Assembly: GCA_963782285.1 (NCBI GenBank)
Contig: CAWAJH010000010.1
Location: 138,682 to 202,681, forward strand
From: an uncultured Acidobacteriaceae bacterium
GTDB taxonomy: Bacteria; Acidobacteriota; Terriglobia; Terriglobales; Acidobacteriaceae
DNA length: 64,000 bases
Direction: 5' to 3'
Every line of letters begins with the position of its first letter. Positions within the stretch are counted from its first letter, which is position 1. The translations under genes were made by a program, and so were the position numbers. The notes under the pieces were generated by a model, which had not been told where the DNA came from, ran no database searches, and saw nothing but the letters and a program-made list of their open reading frames with translations. This document shows, piece by piece, positions 50,812-60,731 of this stretch.

Positions 50812-52401
50812 ATGAAATGCCTTGGAATTCCTTTGATGCGCAGGTTCCTGAAGAATGAATGCGGACAGACAGCGGTGATCGTTATGCTCACGGCTGGTAC
50901 GATGATGGCGCTTTCGGGAGCGACGGTTGAGACCGGCCACATTTATTACGCCTACCAGCAGTTGGTGGCGTCGACGAATTCCGCCGCCCTTGCGGGAGCG
51001 CAAGTGATGCCGAACACGACCCAGGCGGCGAGCAATGTGACGCTCTACAGTTCGCAGTCGGGGCAGTTGAACGCGAACCCATTTTTGCAGAATGTGGTTG
51101 CAACGCCGACATTCGTTTGCTCGAGCGGGGTGACCAACAGTTTCAATGTGGGGTGCGAGAGTTCGACCGGCGCAAGCGGAGGGTATAACGCCATTTCGGT
51201 CACGCAGACTGCGAAAGTGAACCTGTGGTTCGGCGGGTTGATCGGAATCCGCAGCATGAACATGTCCGCGACAGCCGAGGCGGCGATGCGGGGCGGGACA
51301 AACTCGCCCTGGAACATCGCCATCGTGATGGACACGACGGCGTCGATGGGCGACTCGGACGGCGGCACGCAGTGCTCGGGCACGCGGGAATCTTGTGCGC
51401 TCGAGGGGCTGCGCATTCTGCTGGGCGATCTATATCCCTGCGCACTGGGCCAAACCTGCAACTCCTCCGGCAGTGCCGCCGTGGACAGCGTGAGCCTACT
51501 TGTGTTTCCCGCAGTTACCACTGGATCGGGCGGAGCGGCGAACGACTACACCTGCACCAACGGCAAGATGTCGAACCCGGCGATTGTTGCGTACACGATT
51601 CCCGATACAACGCCGGCCTACACGAATGGAACAGCGCCCGCTTCGAATCTGATGCTTCCTTCCGGAGACACGTACCAGGTGATCCCATTTGTGAACGATT
51701 ACAAAACGACGGACACGACGGCAAGCTTAAACGCGGGTTCGGATATCGTGATTGCGGCCGCCGGAAAGACCGGATGCGCAGGCCTGCAGACGCCGGGAGG
51801 CGAGGGAACGTATTACGCGCAGGTGATCTATGCGGCGCAGGCAGCTCTGGCAGCGGAGGCGACGGCGAACCCGAACTCCAAGAATGCGATGATCATCCTG
51901 AGCGACGGAGACGCGACCTCTTGTGCGTCGAATGCTTACACGACGGGCGGCGCTTGCAATACGAAAGCTGAAATTGTAGGAACGGAGGGAACACTTAACG
52001 GGACCGGCACGAGTTCAACCAATCCAAATGGGTACAAAAACCCCACCTACCCGTCGGCAGTGGGCGAGTGCGGTCAAGCTGTTATGGCGGCGCAATATGC
52101 CGCAAGCGCGGGGACGACGGTGTACACCATCGGATACGGCTCACCAACATCGGGAAGTTGCGCGACGGACAAGACTTACAGCGCGACAGTGACGACCAAT
52201 GGCGGCAGCTGGGCGGCGGGCAAACAGGCTTGCGATGCGCTGGCAGCGATGGCGTCGTCACAGGTGAATTTCTACTCCGACGACGGGAACGGCTGCCAGG
52301 CGACCGCCCCGAGCAATCAGAACTTCACGAAGCTGACGGCGATCTTCACGGCCATCACGGACAACCTGAGTACTCCGCGGCTGGTTCCGGCCGGTACATA
52401 A
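50812..52401 (+). CDS. TadG-like vWA pilus-tip protein 3
   Basis: AGGAGG RBS; ECG|QTAVIV; close paralogue of 48435-50069. Confidence 0.87.
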   Translation: MKCLGIPLMRRFLKNECGQTAVIVMLTAGTMMALSGATVETGHIYYAYQQLVASTNSAALAGAQVMPNTTQAASNVTLYSSQSGQLNANPFLQNVVATPTFVCSSGVTNSFNVGCESSTGASGGYNAISVTQTAKVNLWFGGLIGIRSMNMSATAEAAMRGGTNSPWNIAIVMDTTASMGDSDGGTQCSGTRESCALEGLRILLGDLYPCALGQTCNSSGSAAVDSVSLLVFPAVTTGSGGAANDYTCTNGKMSNPAIVAYTIPDTTPAYTNGTAPASNLMLPSGDTYQVIPFVNDYKTTDTTASLNAGSDIVIAAAGKTGCAGLQTPGGEGTYYAQVIYAAQAALAAEATANPNSKNAMIILSDGDATSCASNAYTTGGACNTKAEIVGTEGTLNGTGTSSTNPNGYKNPTYPSAVGECGQAVMAAQYAASAGTTVYTIGYGSPTSGSCATDKTYSATVTTNGGSWAAGKQACDALAAMASSQVNFYSDDGNGCQATAPSNQNFTKLTAIFTAITDNLSTPRLVPAGT

Positions 52402-52492
52402 TTAGTGGGGTTGACATCCAAGGGGAAAACCGGTAACAACGATTCAGAAAAACTGTGGCAACGCGGCACAACCGAGGAAGGGAGTCTCCCCC

Positions 52493-54463
52493 ATGCGTAA
52501 TTCCTGGCCGATTGTGGCGATTTCGTGTGCTCTTTTGTTGTCTGGCTGTTCGGGCGTGCAAGTCGCGCCCCCAATCGAGACCAATCCGATTTCCGGCCAA
52601 GCACTTCGGGGCATCGTGCACGGCGGTCAGCAGCCGATTGTAGGCGCGCACGTATATCTCTACGCCGCGAATACAGGCGGCTATGGCGGCGCGTCGATGT
52701 CATTGTTGACCAAGGGCGACGGCAAGGACGGCAACCAAAATTACTATGTGACCACCCAAACGGGCGGGACCTTCAACATTTCCCCCGATTACACCTGCCC
52801 GGGCGCGAACACCCAAGTTTATTTGTATGCGATTGGAGGCGACCCGACGCCTAGCGTGCCAAACGCGGCAGCCGGATTGCTTGCGGGTTTGGGATCGTGC
52901 GACACAGTGGGGTTCTCGTCCGAATACGTAGTTGTAAATGAGGTATCAACAATAGCAACAGCGTTTGCTTTGGCCGGTTTTGCGACGGACACGACCCACA
53001 TATCGAGCTCAAGCAGTGCGTTGGCAACGATGGGTATGGCCGATGCGTTCAACAGCATCACGAACCTGGAAACGCTCACTGGATTTGCGCTGGCGACGAC
53101 GCCGGCAGGCAACGGGACGGTTCCGCAGAGCGAGATCGACACACTTGCTAATATCCTGGCGGCTTGCGTGAATACGAACGGATCGACCGCTCCCACCGAC
53201 CCTTGTGGAGAGCTGTTCAGCTACACGACGGTGGGGAGCACGGTGCCGAGCGACACGGCGATGGCGGCGATCAACCTTGCGCACAATCCAGGCGCGAATG
53301 TCGCGGGCTTGTGCTCTCTGCAAGTGGCGAATGGACCTTTCCAGCCGTCGCTGCCATGCGCGTCGCCGAATAACTTGCCGAACGACTTCACCATCGCGAT
53401 CAACTACACCGGGGGCGGCCTGGATGGAAGCGGATTTGCGCCGGAAGGCATTGCCATTGATGGACTGGGGAACGTCTGGGTGCCGAACTACGACTCAAGC
53501 AGCGTGAGTGAATTGAGCCCATTGGGAGTCGCTATTTCGGGGTCTTCGGGAATCACCGCGTCAGGAGGAATCCTAAAGAATCCGACAAGCATTGCGATCG
53601 ATACCAACTACAACGCATGGGTCGCGAGTTTTAACAGCGCCACGATGACGGAAATCAACCGGTTTGACACTGTAGTTACTTCGGGTCCGCCTTATTACAC
53701 AGGCGCGGGATTGGCGGGGCCGTACGGCGCCGGCATCTTCAGCGCCGGCACATCGACGTACGTGTGGGTGACGAACGAAGGAGGCAACACGCTGAGCGAG
53801 TTTGAAGGGAATGGAGTGGAACTCTCTGGAAACTCCGGCTTCACAGACGGCGCCAGCGTGGACGGTCCGGCGGGCCTTGCCATGGATACTTCGGGGAATG
53901 CCTGGTATGCAAACCTTGGCGCGTCTCCTTCGAGCATTGGCGAAGCCGTTCCAAGCGCTGTACCCGGTTCGATCTCTGCGTATCATGAATTTGCAGGCGG
54001 CGGTTTGAACTCTCCTTATGGCATGGCCGTCGACGGGTCAGGGAATATCTGGGCGACGAACACTGGCGGGAACGGAAGCCTCAGTGAGTATTCGCCTTCG
54101 CAAAGCAAATGGCTCTCTCCCGATCCAGCCGGATTCGCCGGCGGCGGAATCGACGTTCCGTACGGTGTCGCGATCGACGGGGCCGGCAATGTGTGGACGG
54201 CAAACAACGGCGGGAACAGCAACAGCATCAGCGAATTCAATGCGAGCGGAGTGGCGATCTCCGGCGCGAATGGGTATGTGGGCACGGGTCTTTACCCCTA
54301 TGGCATCGCCATCGATCCCTCGGGCAATGTGTGGGTAGCGAACAACAGCGCAAAGGCGCCAGTCACGAGTGCGCCACTCACTGAATTTGTGGGAGCGGCG
54401 ACTCCTGTGGTGACTCCTCTGGCGGCAGGCGCAGCGAACGGCGAGCTGGGTACCAAGCCGTAA
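52493..54463 (+). CDS. NHL-repeat beta-propeller lipoprotein
   Basis: LSGC lipobox; VHGGQQPI N-domain; repeated P.GIAIDG.GNVWV.N. Confidence 0.9.
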   Translation: MRNSWPIVAISCALLLSGCSGVQVAPPIETNPISGQALRGIVHGGQQPIVGAHVYLYAANTGGYGGASMSLLTKGDGKDGNQNYYVTTQTGGTFNISPDYTCPGANTQVYLYAIGGDPTPSVPNAAAGLLAGLGSCDTVGFSSEYVVVNEVSTIATAFALAGFATDTTHISSSSSALATMGMADAFNSITNLETLTGFALATTPAGNGTVPQSEIDTLANILAACVNTNGSTAPTDPCGELFSYTTVGSTVPSDTAMAAINLAHNPGANVAGLCSLQVANGPFQPSLPCASPNNLPNDFTIAINYTGGGLDGSGFAPEGIAIDGLGNVWVPNYDSSSVSELSPLGVAISGSSGITASGGILKNPTSIAIDTNYNAWVASFNSATMTEINRFDTVVTSGPPYYTGAGLAGPYGAGIFSAGTSTYVWVTNEGGNTLSEFEGNGVELSGNSGFTDGASVDGPAGLAMDTSGNAWYANLGASPSSIGEAVPSAVPGSISAYHEFAGGGLNSPYGMAVDGSGNIWATNTGGNGSLSEYSPSQSKWLSPDPAGFAGGGIDVPYGVAIDGAGNVWTANNGGNSNSISEFNASGVAISGANGYVGTGLYPYGIAIDPSGNVWVANNSAKAPVTSAPLTEFVGAATPVVTPLAAGAANGELGTKP

Positions 54464-54481
54464 TCGAAATTGCAATGGGAG

Positions 54482-55996
54482 CTAATCGAGCTGTGCCGGG
54501 ATAATGATGAGCACTTCTACCCGGGTCGACTGCCCGCCCTGCAAAGCCGGCCTGAATTGCCATTTTTCTAGAGCGGCGAGGACGAACTGGGCCTGCGGAA
54601 ATGCGGGCGGAACGATCATGTTGAGCATCTCAAAGCGGCCTGATTGATTGATGAAGCCGTGGACCATGATGGCGTCGGCATCGATGGAGTCGGGACTAAG
54701 ATTGGGGCGCACGATGCTGTAGGGCCAAGGAGCGTCAAGACTGACGACGGTTCCGGCGTTGGCGGCGTCGACGTTGCGCGGAAGCGCGAATTGCATGATC
54801 CAGTTTCGGCTGAGGCCTACGTGCAAGTAGACGGTGTAGGCCAGGCGTCCGCCCCAAACTCCGGCCACTTCAGGATACTCATCCGAGAGCGAGTCGCCGA
54901 CCACGACGGCCCCGAAGCGCCCGTCTTTGGGCAGCGAGATTTGCGTAGAGGTGAGTTGTCCACTTTGATCGGAACCGGTTTGAGAGCCCGGCGCGGAGCT
55001 GGCGGCATTGGGTTGACTAGAGGCAATGGCCGGACCTGAACCGTTTGGTTTGCCTTCGGCACCCTGGCCCGAACCAGCGCCGACGTTTTTCGCATTGCCG
55101 GACGAACCTTGACCTGAGCTGGGGCCAGCGCTATTCGCATTTCCAGCCGATCCCTGACTCGAGCCCTCTCCCGGATTGCCGACGGGAATGTTCTTCACGG
55201 GCAGAGCGAGACTCTGCACACGGTCGGGCGTGAGCACTCCCGGAGCAACTGACATCGCAGATTCGCTCACGGGCGGCAACGCGACGGTTCCGTTTTTCAT
55301 GCGCAAGTCAGACAGCGAGACAATTGCGGCCGGCGTGGGCTGCGCCGACGGTTGCGAAGCGGTGATCGGCGGCAACTGAACCTGCTGCGGAATCGGGATC
55401 GCGACGGGGGAAGTCGTGCTTGGAGGAACGACAGACTTGAGTGAAGGGTGAAAACTGGAAGCGATGTTGACGTCAGCGAGATTCATTTCCTCATTGGGCC
55501 GCTCCACGCTCGGCTTCACGTTGGCCGCAGTGGCTTTTTCGGGCAACGGAGGAACGACTTTTTTGACGATGGTTTTGCTTGGCGACCAGATGACCACCTG
55601 AGGTAAAGGAACCTGTTCGGGAAGGATGATCGGCTTCTGGAGATCAGGCTGGATCAATGTTTGCGGGCCAATCCTGGCCTGTGTGATGGGGCGTGGGACT
55701 GGCGGACTCGGCGATGTGCGGCCAGCGGAAGCAAGCGCCCGAGGTCCGGGATGCGAAGCAGGATAAGGAATGAGGTTTCGAACGGCACGCATGTGCTGGT
55801 CATCGAGGTGCAGATCCAGTTCGCGGACCGAATAATGCTCCAAGACCAATCTGGTGACAGGCGGTTTGTAAGCGAGGCCGAAGAGGACCAGTGCCATCGT
55901 CAGGCCATGAAGCAGGATCGAGGCAGCAAACGAAGTAGGCCTCGGCCCGAAGTCGGTCTGTCGTGTAAAGAGAGTGATCGTTTGAGAAGCCATCAT
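54482..55996 (-). CDS. TonB-like Pro-rich membrane protein
   Basis: TM helix with SILLH; Pro-rich linker; C-terminal ALEKWQFRPA. Confidence 0.7.
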   Translation of the reverse strand: MMASQTITLFTRQTDFGPRPTSFAASILLHGLTMALVLFGLAYKPPVTRLVLEHYSVRELDLHLDDQHMRAVRNLIPYPASHPGPRALASAGRTSPSPPVPRPITQARIGPQTLIQPDLQKPIILPEQVPLPQVVIWSPSKTIVKKVVPPLPEKATAANVKPSVERPNEEMNLADVNIASSFHPSLKSVVPPSTTSPVAIPIPQQVQLPPITASQPSAQPTPAAIVSLSDLRMKNGTVALPPVSESAMSVAPGVLTPDRVQSLALPVKNIPVGNPGEGSSQGSAGNANSAGPSSGQGSSGNAKNVGAGSGQGAEGKPNGSGPAIASSQPNAASSAPGSQTGSDQSGQLTSTQISLPKDGRFGAVVVGDSLSDEYPEVAGVWGGRLAYTVYLHVGLSRNWIMQFALPRNVDAANAGTVVSLDAPWPYSIVRPNLSPDSIDADAIMVHGFINQSGRFEMLNMIVPPAFPQAQFVLAALEKWQFRPALQGGQSTRVEVLIIIPAQLD

Positions 55997-56488
55997 CGAT
56001 GGTGAAGCTCCCTCCTTGGCATGTCGAAAGCGACGGAAGCGGTCGTACCCGTATACCAGAGGGGTTTGGTATGACGATTGTGCCACATTCGCACGTAACG
56101 GGTGACGCGCCTATAACACGGAAGATGCAATTGCGACCTCTGGACATCGAGCAAAGTGACGGTAAACTTGCGTTAGTGTAGTCAGCGAACAGCCTGCTGG
56201 ATGAAAGCCGGTTTTTGCAAGGCAAGTATTGCAGCCGGTTTTAGAATCGCGCATTCTGGCGCTGTACCCCATAGCACTTTTGATACCTCATGAACGAATG
56301 GAACAATTCGGGCTGCATGCGGCAAGTTTTAGAGGAATACACTGGGAACGCGCTCAACCCTATCGCACACCATGCGGCACACCCCTCGGGGAGAAGCGTG
56401 CAAAGCAGAGCCGATTGCCGACAAGCGGCGACCGAAGAGGCGCGAGAAAGGCAGGACCGGTGAACGGCCGGTTCGAACAGGCTAAGGG

Positions 56489-57337
56489 ATGAATCGAAGA
56501 CTTATAACGATCCTTCTCATCGCATTGGTGGTTGCTGGCGGCTGCACCTGGCTGGTTGTTCGCCTGGTGGGCGTCAGAATCGCGACATCGAAACCGATGC
56601 AGACAACACAAGTGGTAGCGGCTGCGAAGGACATTCCGTTGGGCGCGGTGCTGACAAGCGCGGACCTGACGACGATGACCATCGGTGGCGCAACTCCGAA
56701 GGGTGCGATTCTTAAGCCGGAGGATGCGATTGGCCGCGGGGCGGTGATGCAGATTTCTCAGGGTGAGCCGATCCTTGAGAGCCATTTGGCGGTTCTCGGC
56801 TCGGGCGGCGGATTGGCGCCTACGATCCCGACGGGCATGCGGGCGTGCGCGGTGAGGGTGGATGAGGTTGTCGGCGTGAGCGGATTTGTGACCCCCGGGA
56901 TGCGGGTGGATGTACTGGTATCTGGTAATCCACCGGGCGAAGGAGCGTCAGAAGGCGTGGTGACGAAGACGATCCTGCAAAACATCCAGGTTCTTTCCGC
57001 CGGCACCGACATTCAGAGAGACTCCGAGGGAAAGGCACGGCAGGTGCAGGTCGTGAACCTGCTGGTGACGCCGGAGCAGGCTGAGATGTTGAGCCTGGCG
57101 AGCAACTCACTGAAGGTTCAACTGGTGCTGCGCAACCCGCTGGATACGCAGATCGCCAAGGTTCCTGCGACGGCGATGAACACACTGTTCGGGGGAGTGA
57201 CACCTCCGCCGGCAGAGCATCCGCAGGCAGCAGCGAAGAAAGCGCCCAAGCCAGTGGCGAACACGTATTCGATCCAAGTCATCAACGGGTCTAAATCCAC
57301 CGAAGAGAAATTCTCTTCACCTGAGGGACAGCATTGA
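56489..57337 (+). CDS. cpaB: Flp pilus assembly protein CpaB (RcpC)
   Basis: SAF domain VVAAAKDIPLG; GMRA; GVSGFVTPGMRVDVL; LQNIQVLS; LVLRNP. Confidence 0.95.
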   Translation: MNRRLITILLIALVVAGGCTWLVVRLVGVRIATSKPMQTTQVVAAAKDIPLGAVLTSADLTTMTIGGATPKGAILKPEDAIGRGAVMQISQGEPILESHLAVLGSGGGLAPTIPTGMRACAVRVDEVVGVSGFVTPGMRVDVLVSGNPPGEGASEGVVTKTILQNIQVLSAGTDIQRDSEGKARQVQVVNLLVTPEQAEMLSLASNSLKVQLVLRNPLDTQIAKVPATAMNTLFGGVTPPPAEHPQAAAKKAPKPVANTYSIQVINGSKSTEEKFSSPEGQH

Positions 57338-58953
57338 GAGCGAAGGCAGGGGTCACCATCGTATCTTGCGGCGCGCTGTCGCTAGCGCTTTGTGCAGGGC
57401 AGGTCGTGCGTGCACAAGCTGCACCGTCTACGCCGACATCCGCGGGAGCTACGTTTGAAGATTCGACGAACGAACTCTCAGTGGTAGTAGGCAAAGCGGT
57501 GCTGGTTGACTGCGCGCAGCCAATCCAGCGCGTTGCCGTGGGATTGGGCGAAGTAGCGGAAGTGACGGCTGTGAGCCCAACCGAAGTCATGGTCGACGGC
57601 AAGGCTCCCGGACAAACGAGCCTGATCATCTGGGACATTCGCGGCGGACGCCAGTTTTTCAACGTCACGGTGCGGCCGACTCCCGCGATATCGAGCGAGA
57701 ACCTCGACGCAGTGCGACGGGAGCTGAGGACTGAGTTGCCGGGTCAAGCGATCAGGGTGAGCTACAACAACAACAACATCTTTCTGCGCGGTACAGTGGG
57801 CGACCTGACCGACTCGGCGAGGGCGGTGGAAATTGCGTCGACGGCTGGGAAGGTCGTAAACCTGCTGGATGTGAGCCTCCCGAAGTCGAAATCGCAAATT
57901 CTTTTGAGGGTACGAATTGCCAGCGTGGACCGTAACCGGGCACGTCAGCTCGGCATCAATCCTTTCAACCTCGGACTTGGAAACGCAGTTGGGCTAGTTA
58001 GCACTGGGCAATTTTCACCGCCGCAGATCTCGAACAGCGGCACCTCGTCTGGCCAGGAATCGCTCTCGGTTGGGGGCGGGTCGGCGACATTTACCCAGGA
58101 GCTGAACCTGCTTGCATTCTTTCCCGGCCTGGGCACAGGCGCCAGCATCGACGCACTGGAAACGAGGGGCGTGGTTCAAGTGCTGGCGGAGCCGAATCTG
58201 ATGGCAGCGGACGGTAAGGAAGCCAGCTTCCTATCCGGCGGGCAGTATCCATACCCGGTTGTGTCGGGAACGTCGGGGGGGTTGCCTGCGGTGAGCATCG
58301 AGTTTAAGGAATACGGCATCCGGCTCAACTTCATCCCAACGATTACTCCGCGGGGAACGATCCGACTGCAGGTGGCGCCCGAAGTGAGCGCCCTTGACTA
58401 TACCAATGAGGTGCAGATTTCGGGGTTTACCGTACCGGGGCTGACCACGCGAAGAGTGAACACCGAGGTGGAGCTTGCCGACGGCGAAAGCTTGCTGATC
58501 GGCGGGCTGCTGGACAAGGGCCTTACCGATACGTTTGAGAAGATTCCGTTTATTGGCGACATTCCCATCCTTGGCAAGCTGTTTCAGTCAGATTCACGGA
58601 CGAGGAACGATACCGAGCTGATTGTGCTTGTGACACCGGAAATCGTTTCGCCGATTCCAGCGGGCAAGCCGATTCCGGAGCTTCATTATCCTCTGCCATT
58701 TCTACCGCCCAACTCGAATATTCCGATGCGCCAACCAGATGAGAAGACGGCAGAGAACACGCTTCCTCCGCCACCTGCATCAATACCCGTGGAAAAGCTG
58801 ATTGAGAGTATGAAGCCCGAGCAACCGCTGGTGATCGAGAGTGGAACGGGCGGGTTCGGCACGAGTTCGAGTGCGATCAATCAAGGTGGTGGCGCGTCGA
58901 GTTCTGCGGGAATGGGAGCTGCCGCTGCAGGAACGGGAGCTGCGCCACAATAG
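57334..58953 (+). CDS. cpaC: Tad secretin CpaC (RcpA)
   Basis: GKAPGQTSLIIW, LAEPNL, ASFLSGG, APEVS, IPFIGDIPILGKLF, TELIVLVTP. Confidence 0.93.
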   Translation: MRAKAGVTIVSCGALSLALCAGQVVRAQAAPSTPTSAGATFEDSTNELSVVVGKAVLVDCAQPIQRVAVGLGEVAEVTAVSPTEVMVDGKAPGQTSLIIWDIRGGRQFFNVTVRPTPAISSENLDAVRRELRTELPGQAIRVSYNNNNIFLRGTVGDLTDSARAVEIASTAGKVVNLLDVSLPKSKSQILLRVRIASVDRNRARQLGINPFNLGLGNAVGLVSTGQFSPPQISNSGTSSGQESLSVGGGSATFTQELNLLAFFPGLGTGASIDALETRGVVQVLAEPNLMAADGKEASFLSGGQYPYPVVSGTSGGLPAVSIEFKEYGIRLNFIPTITPRGTIRLQVAPEVSALDYTNEVQISGFTVPGLTTRRVNTEVELADGESLLIGGLLDKGLTDTFEKIPFIGDIPILGKLFQSDSRTRNDTELIVLVTPEIVSPIPAGKPIPELHYPLPFLPPNSNIPMRQPDEKTAENTLPPPPASIPVEKLIESMKPEQPLVIESGTGGFGTSSSAINQGGGASSSAGMGAAAAGTGAAPQ

Positions 58954-58995
58954 AACTTGCGTTGACCTGCACGCTGAAAACGCCGAGGCGCCCGG

Positions 58996-59436
58996 ATGAA
59001 TCTGTTGCTAAGGATAGCGAAGGGGCTGCAACAGTTTCTGGCGCCTCAGCCGCAGTCAACCTACTCGGGCCCACTGCAGGTCCAGAATCTGACCCGAGGC
59101 ACGGTGCTGGCGGTGCGGCTTGAGGCGGCGCACACTGGGCCTTCGCGCAGAAAAGGGCTGCTGGGGCGCCACGGCCTTCAACCCGGCGATGGACTCTGGA
59201 TTTCTCCCTGCGAATCAGTGCACACATTCTTCATGAAGTTCCCCATCGATCTTGTTTATCTGGATCGGAACCATCAAGTAAAGAAAGTGCGAAACGAGGT
59301 AGGCCCGTGGCGTCTTTCAGGATGTCTGGCGGCGCGGAGCGTGCTTGAGCTTCCCGCAGGCACGATTCGCGAGAGCTGCACCGAGCGAGGAGACGCGGTG
59401 GAGATAGGGCCGGCGCCTGCTCTATCCAGCGAATAG
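58996..59436 (+). CDS. DUF192 family protein
   Basis: RRKGLLGR, GLWISPCESVHTFFMKFPIDLVYLD, SVLELPAG. Confidence 0.92.
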   Translation: MNLLLRIAKGLQQFLAPQPQSTYSGPLQVQNLTRGTVLAVRLEAAHTGPSRRKGLLGRHGLQPGDGLWISPCESVHTFFMKFPIDLVYLDRNHQVKKVRNEVGPWRLSGCLAARSVLELPAGTIRESCTERGDAVEIGPAPALSSE

Positions 59437-59440
59437 AGGG

Positions 59441-60601
59441 TCAACCTGCAACGGCGGGCTCGGCAACAGAGCGAGCGGAGGCACGAGCGAAGAGATACCA
59501 AATGAGCCACGCTGGAGCGGGCCAAAGGTAAGCAGCCGAATGAAGCCCGAACGGCGAGACGATTTGAATCTCGATAAGGATATAGATTAGAGCGAGGATA
59601 GCCAGCAGAGTCCCGGAAAGACCCCGCGACACAGCATACAAAATGGCAGGGATCGCCAGGGACTGATCGAAGATCCATCCGAACGGGGCGACGAAAATTG
59701 AAACCAGCATGAGCGGGCTGCCGTTTTCAAGCCAATCCCACGAATACCGGCGCGGCCAGAAGTAGACCAGAGCCCAGATGCAGCCGAAAGCGGCAGGCAC
59801 GAACGCAAGCCACTCGGCACTGGGTTTAATCGAATCGCGCAACACGTCACCGAGACAAGGCGTGAACTCGCGCATGAGGACCGAAGTGCGCACATAGTAG
59901 GCGTACTGTGCCCATGCGGCGGGGTCGATCAACGTAGTGATGATACAGCTGGTGGCCATGGCGGCCAATCCGCCAGCCAGGATGCGATAGCAGCGCGAGA
60001 CGAAAATCCACGCCAGAAGCACGGCGGCGAAAGGAAGAAACAAGTGGGGCTTCAGAGCGCAGAACCAGAGTGCGGCTCCCGCCGCGAACGGCGAGGTCTT
60101 GTGAAGGCGGAGAAAGAGGACTAGGCCGAAGAGCATGAGGATTGAGGTCTGGCCGAGAATGACGCAAAACAATGCCGGGGGAAAGCAATATCCAATCCAG
60201 TCGAAGTGGCTGCCGGGAGGTCCGAAGAGCTTCCATAAGACGCGCACGGATGCAATGAGAAGGCCGAGCATCAGCAGCGACCATGGGAGCGCCGCGGGCA
60301 CGGCACCGAGGTAGCCCAGCGGAAGAGCGAGCGGCAGGGCCCATGGCGGATTTCGCATGTAATAGGAGGCTCCGCCCTGGAATCCGGCATGCCGCTCGAT
60401 GCGGTCGACCGCGCCCGGATCATACGGGTTTGCATGATGAGCCAACTGCTGACCGGCAGCCCAGTAGGTGATGAAATCGCGCCGGGCTACGATGGACCGA
60501 TTGAAGGGCATGATGCTGAGAAACAGGGTGGTAAAGACCACCCCCACCGCGCATGCAATCGCAATGAGAAGAACGGGGAAGTCGCGTTCCTTCTTTGGCA
60601 C
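59441..60601 (-). CDS. GT87/DUF2029-like GT-C glycosyltransferase 1
   Basis: RDFITYW..G...NPYD, RNPP, GQTS, LKPH; multiple TM segments. Confidence 0.87.
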   Translation of the reverse strand: MPKKERDFPVLLIAIACAVGVVFTTLFLSIMPFNRSIVARRDFITYWAAGQQLAHHANPYDPGAVDRIERHAGFQGGASYYMRNPPWALPLALPLGYLGAVPAALPWSLLMLGLLIASVRVLWKLFGPPGSHFDWIGYCFPPALFCVILGQTSILMLFGLVLFLRLHKTSPFAAGAALWFCALKPHLFLPFAAVLLAWIFVSRCYRILAGGLAAMATSCIITTLIDPAAWAQYAYYVRTSVLMREFTPCLGDVLRDSIKPSAEWLAFVPAAFGCIWALVYFWPRRYSWDWLENGSPLMLVSIFVAPFGWIFDQSLAIPAILYAVSRGLSGTLLAILALIYILIEIQIVSPFGLHSAAYLWPAPAWLIWYLFARASARSVAEPAVAG

Positions 60602-60731
60602 GAAGACACCTTTCTATTTTCGGTCTTGGCAATTATATCGGCCGTGCTGAATCGAAATACGGCAACGGCAATTGCAGCGTCTCGATGCAGGAGGCACAGG
60701 GTTGCGGTGCCGAGCAGGTTTCGTCTTTGCG

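Noticed and set aside
56040-56260. sigma54 promoter for cpaB or the TonB-like gene
   Set aside because: UAS-like fragments (GTATAC, GTAAAC) and a TGGCAC are present, but there is no correctly spaced GG-N10-GC.
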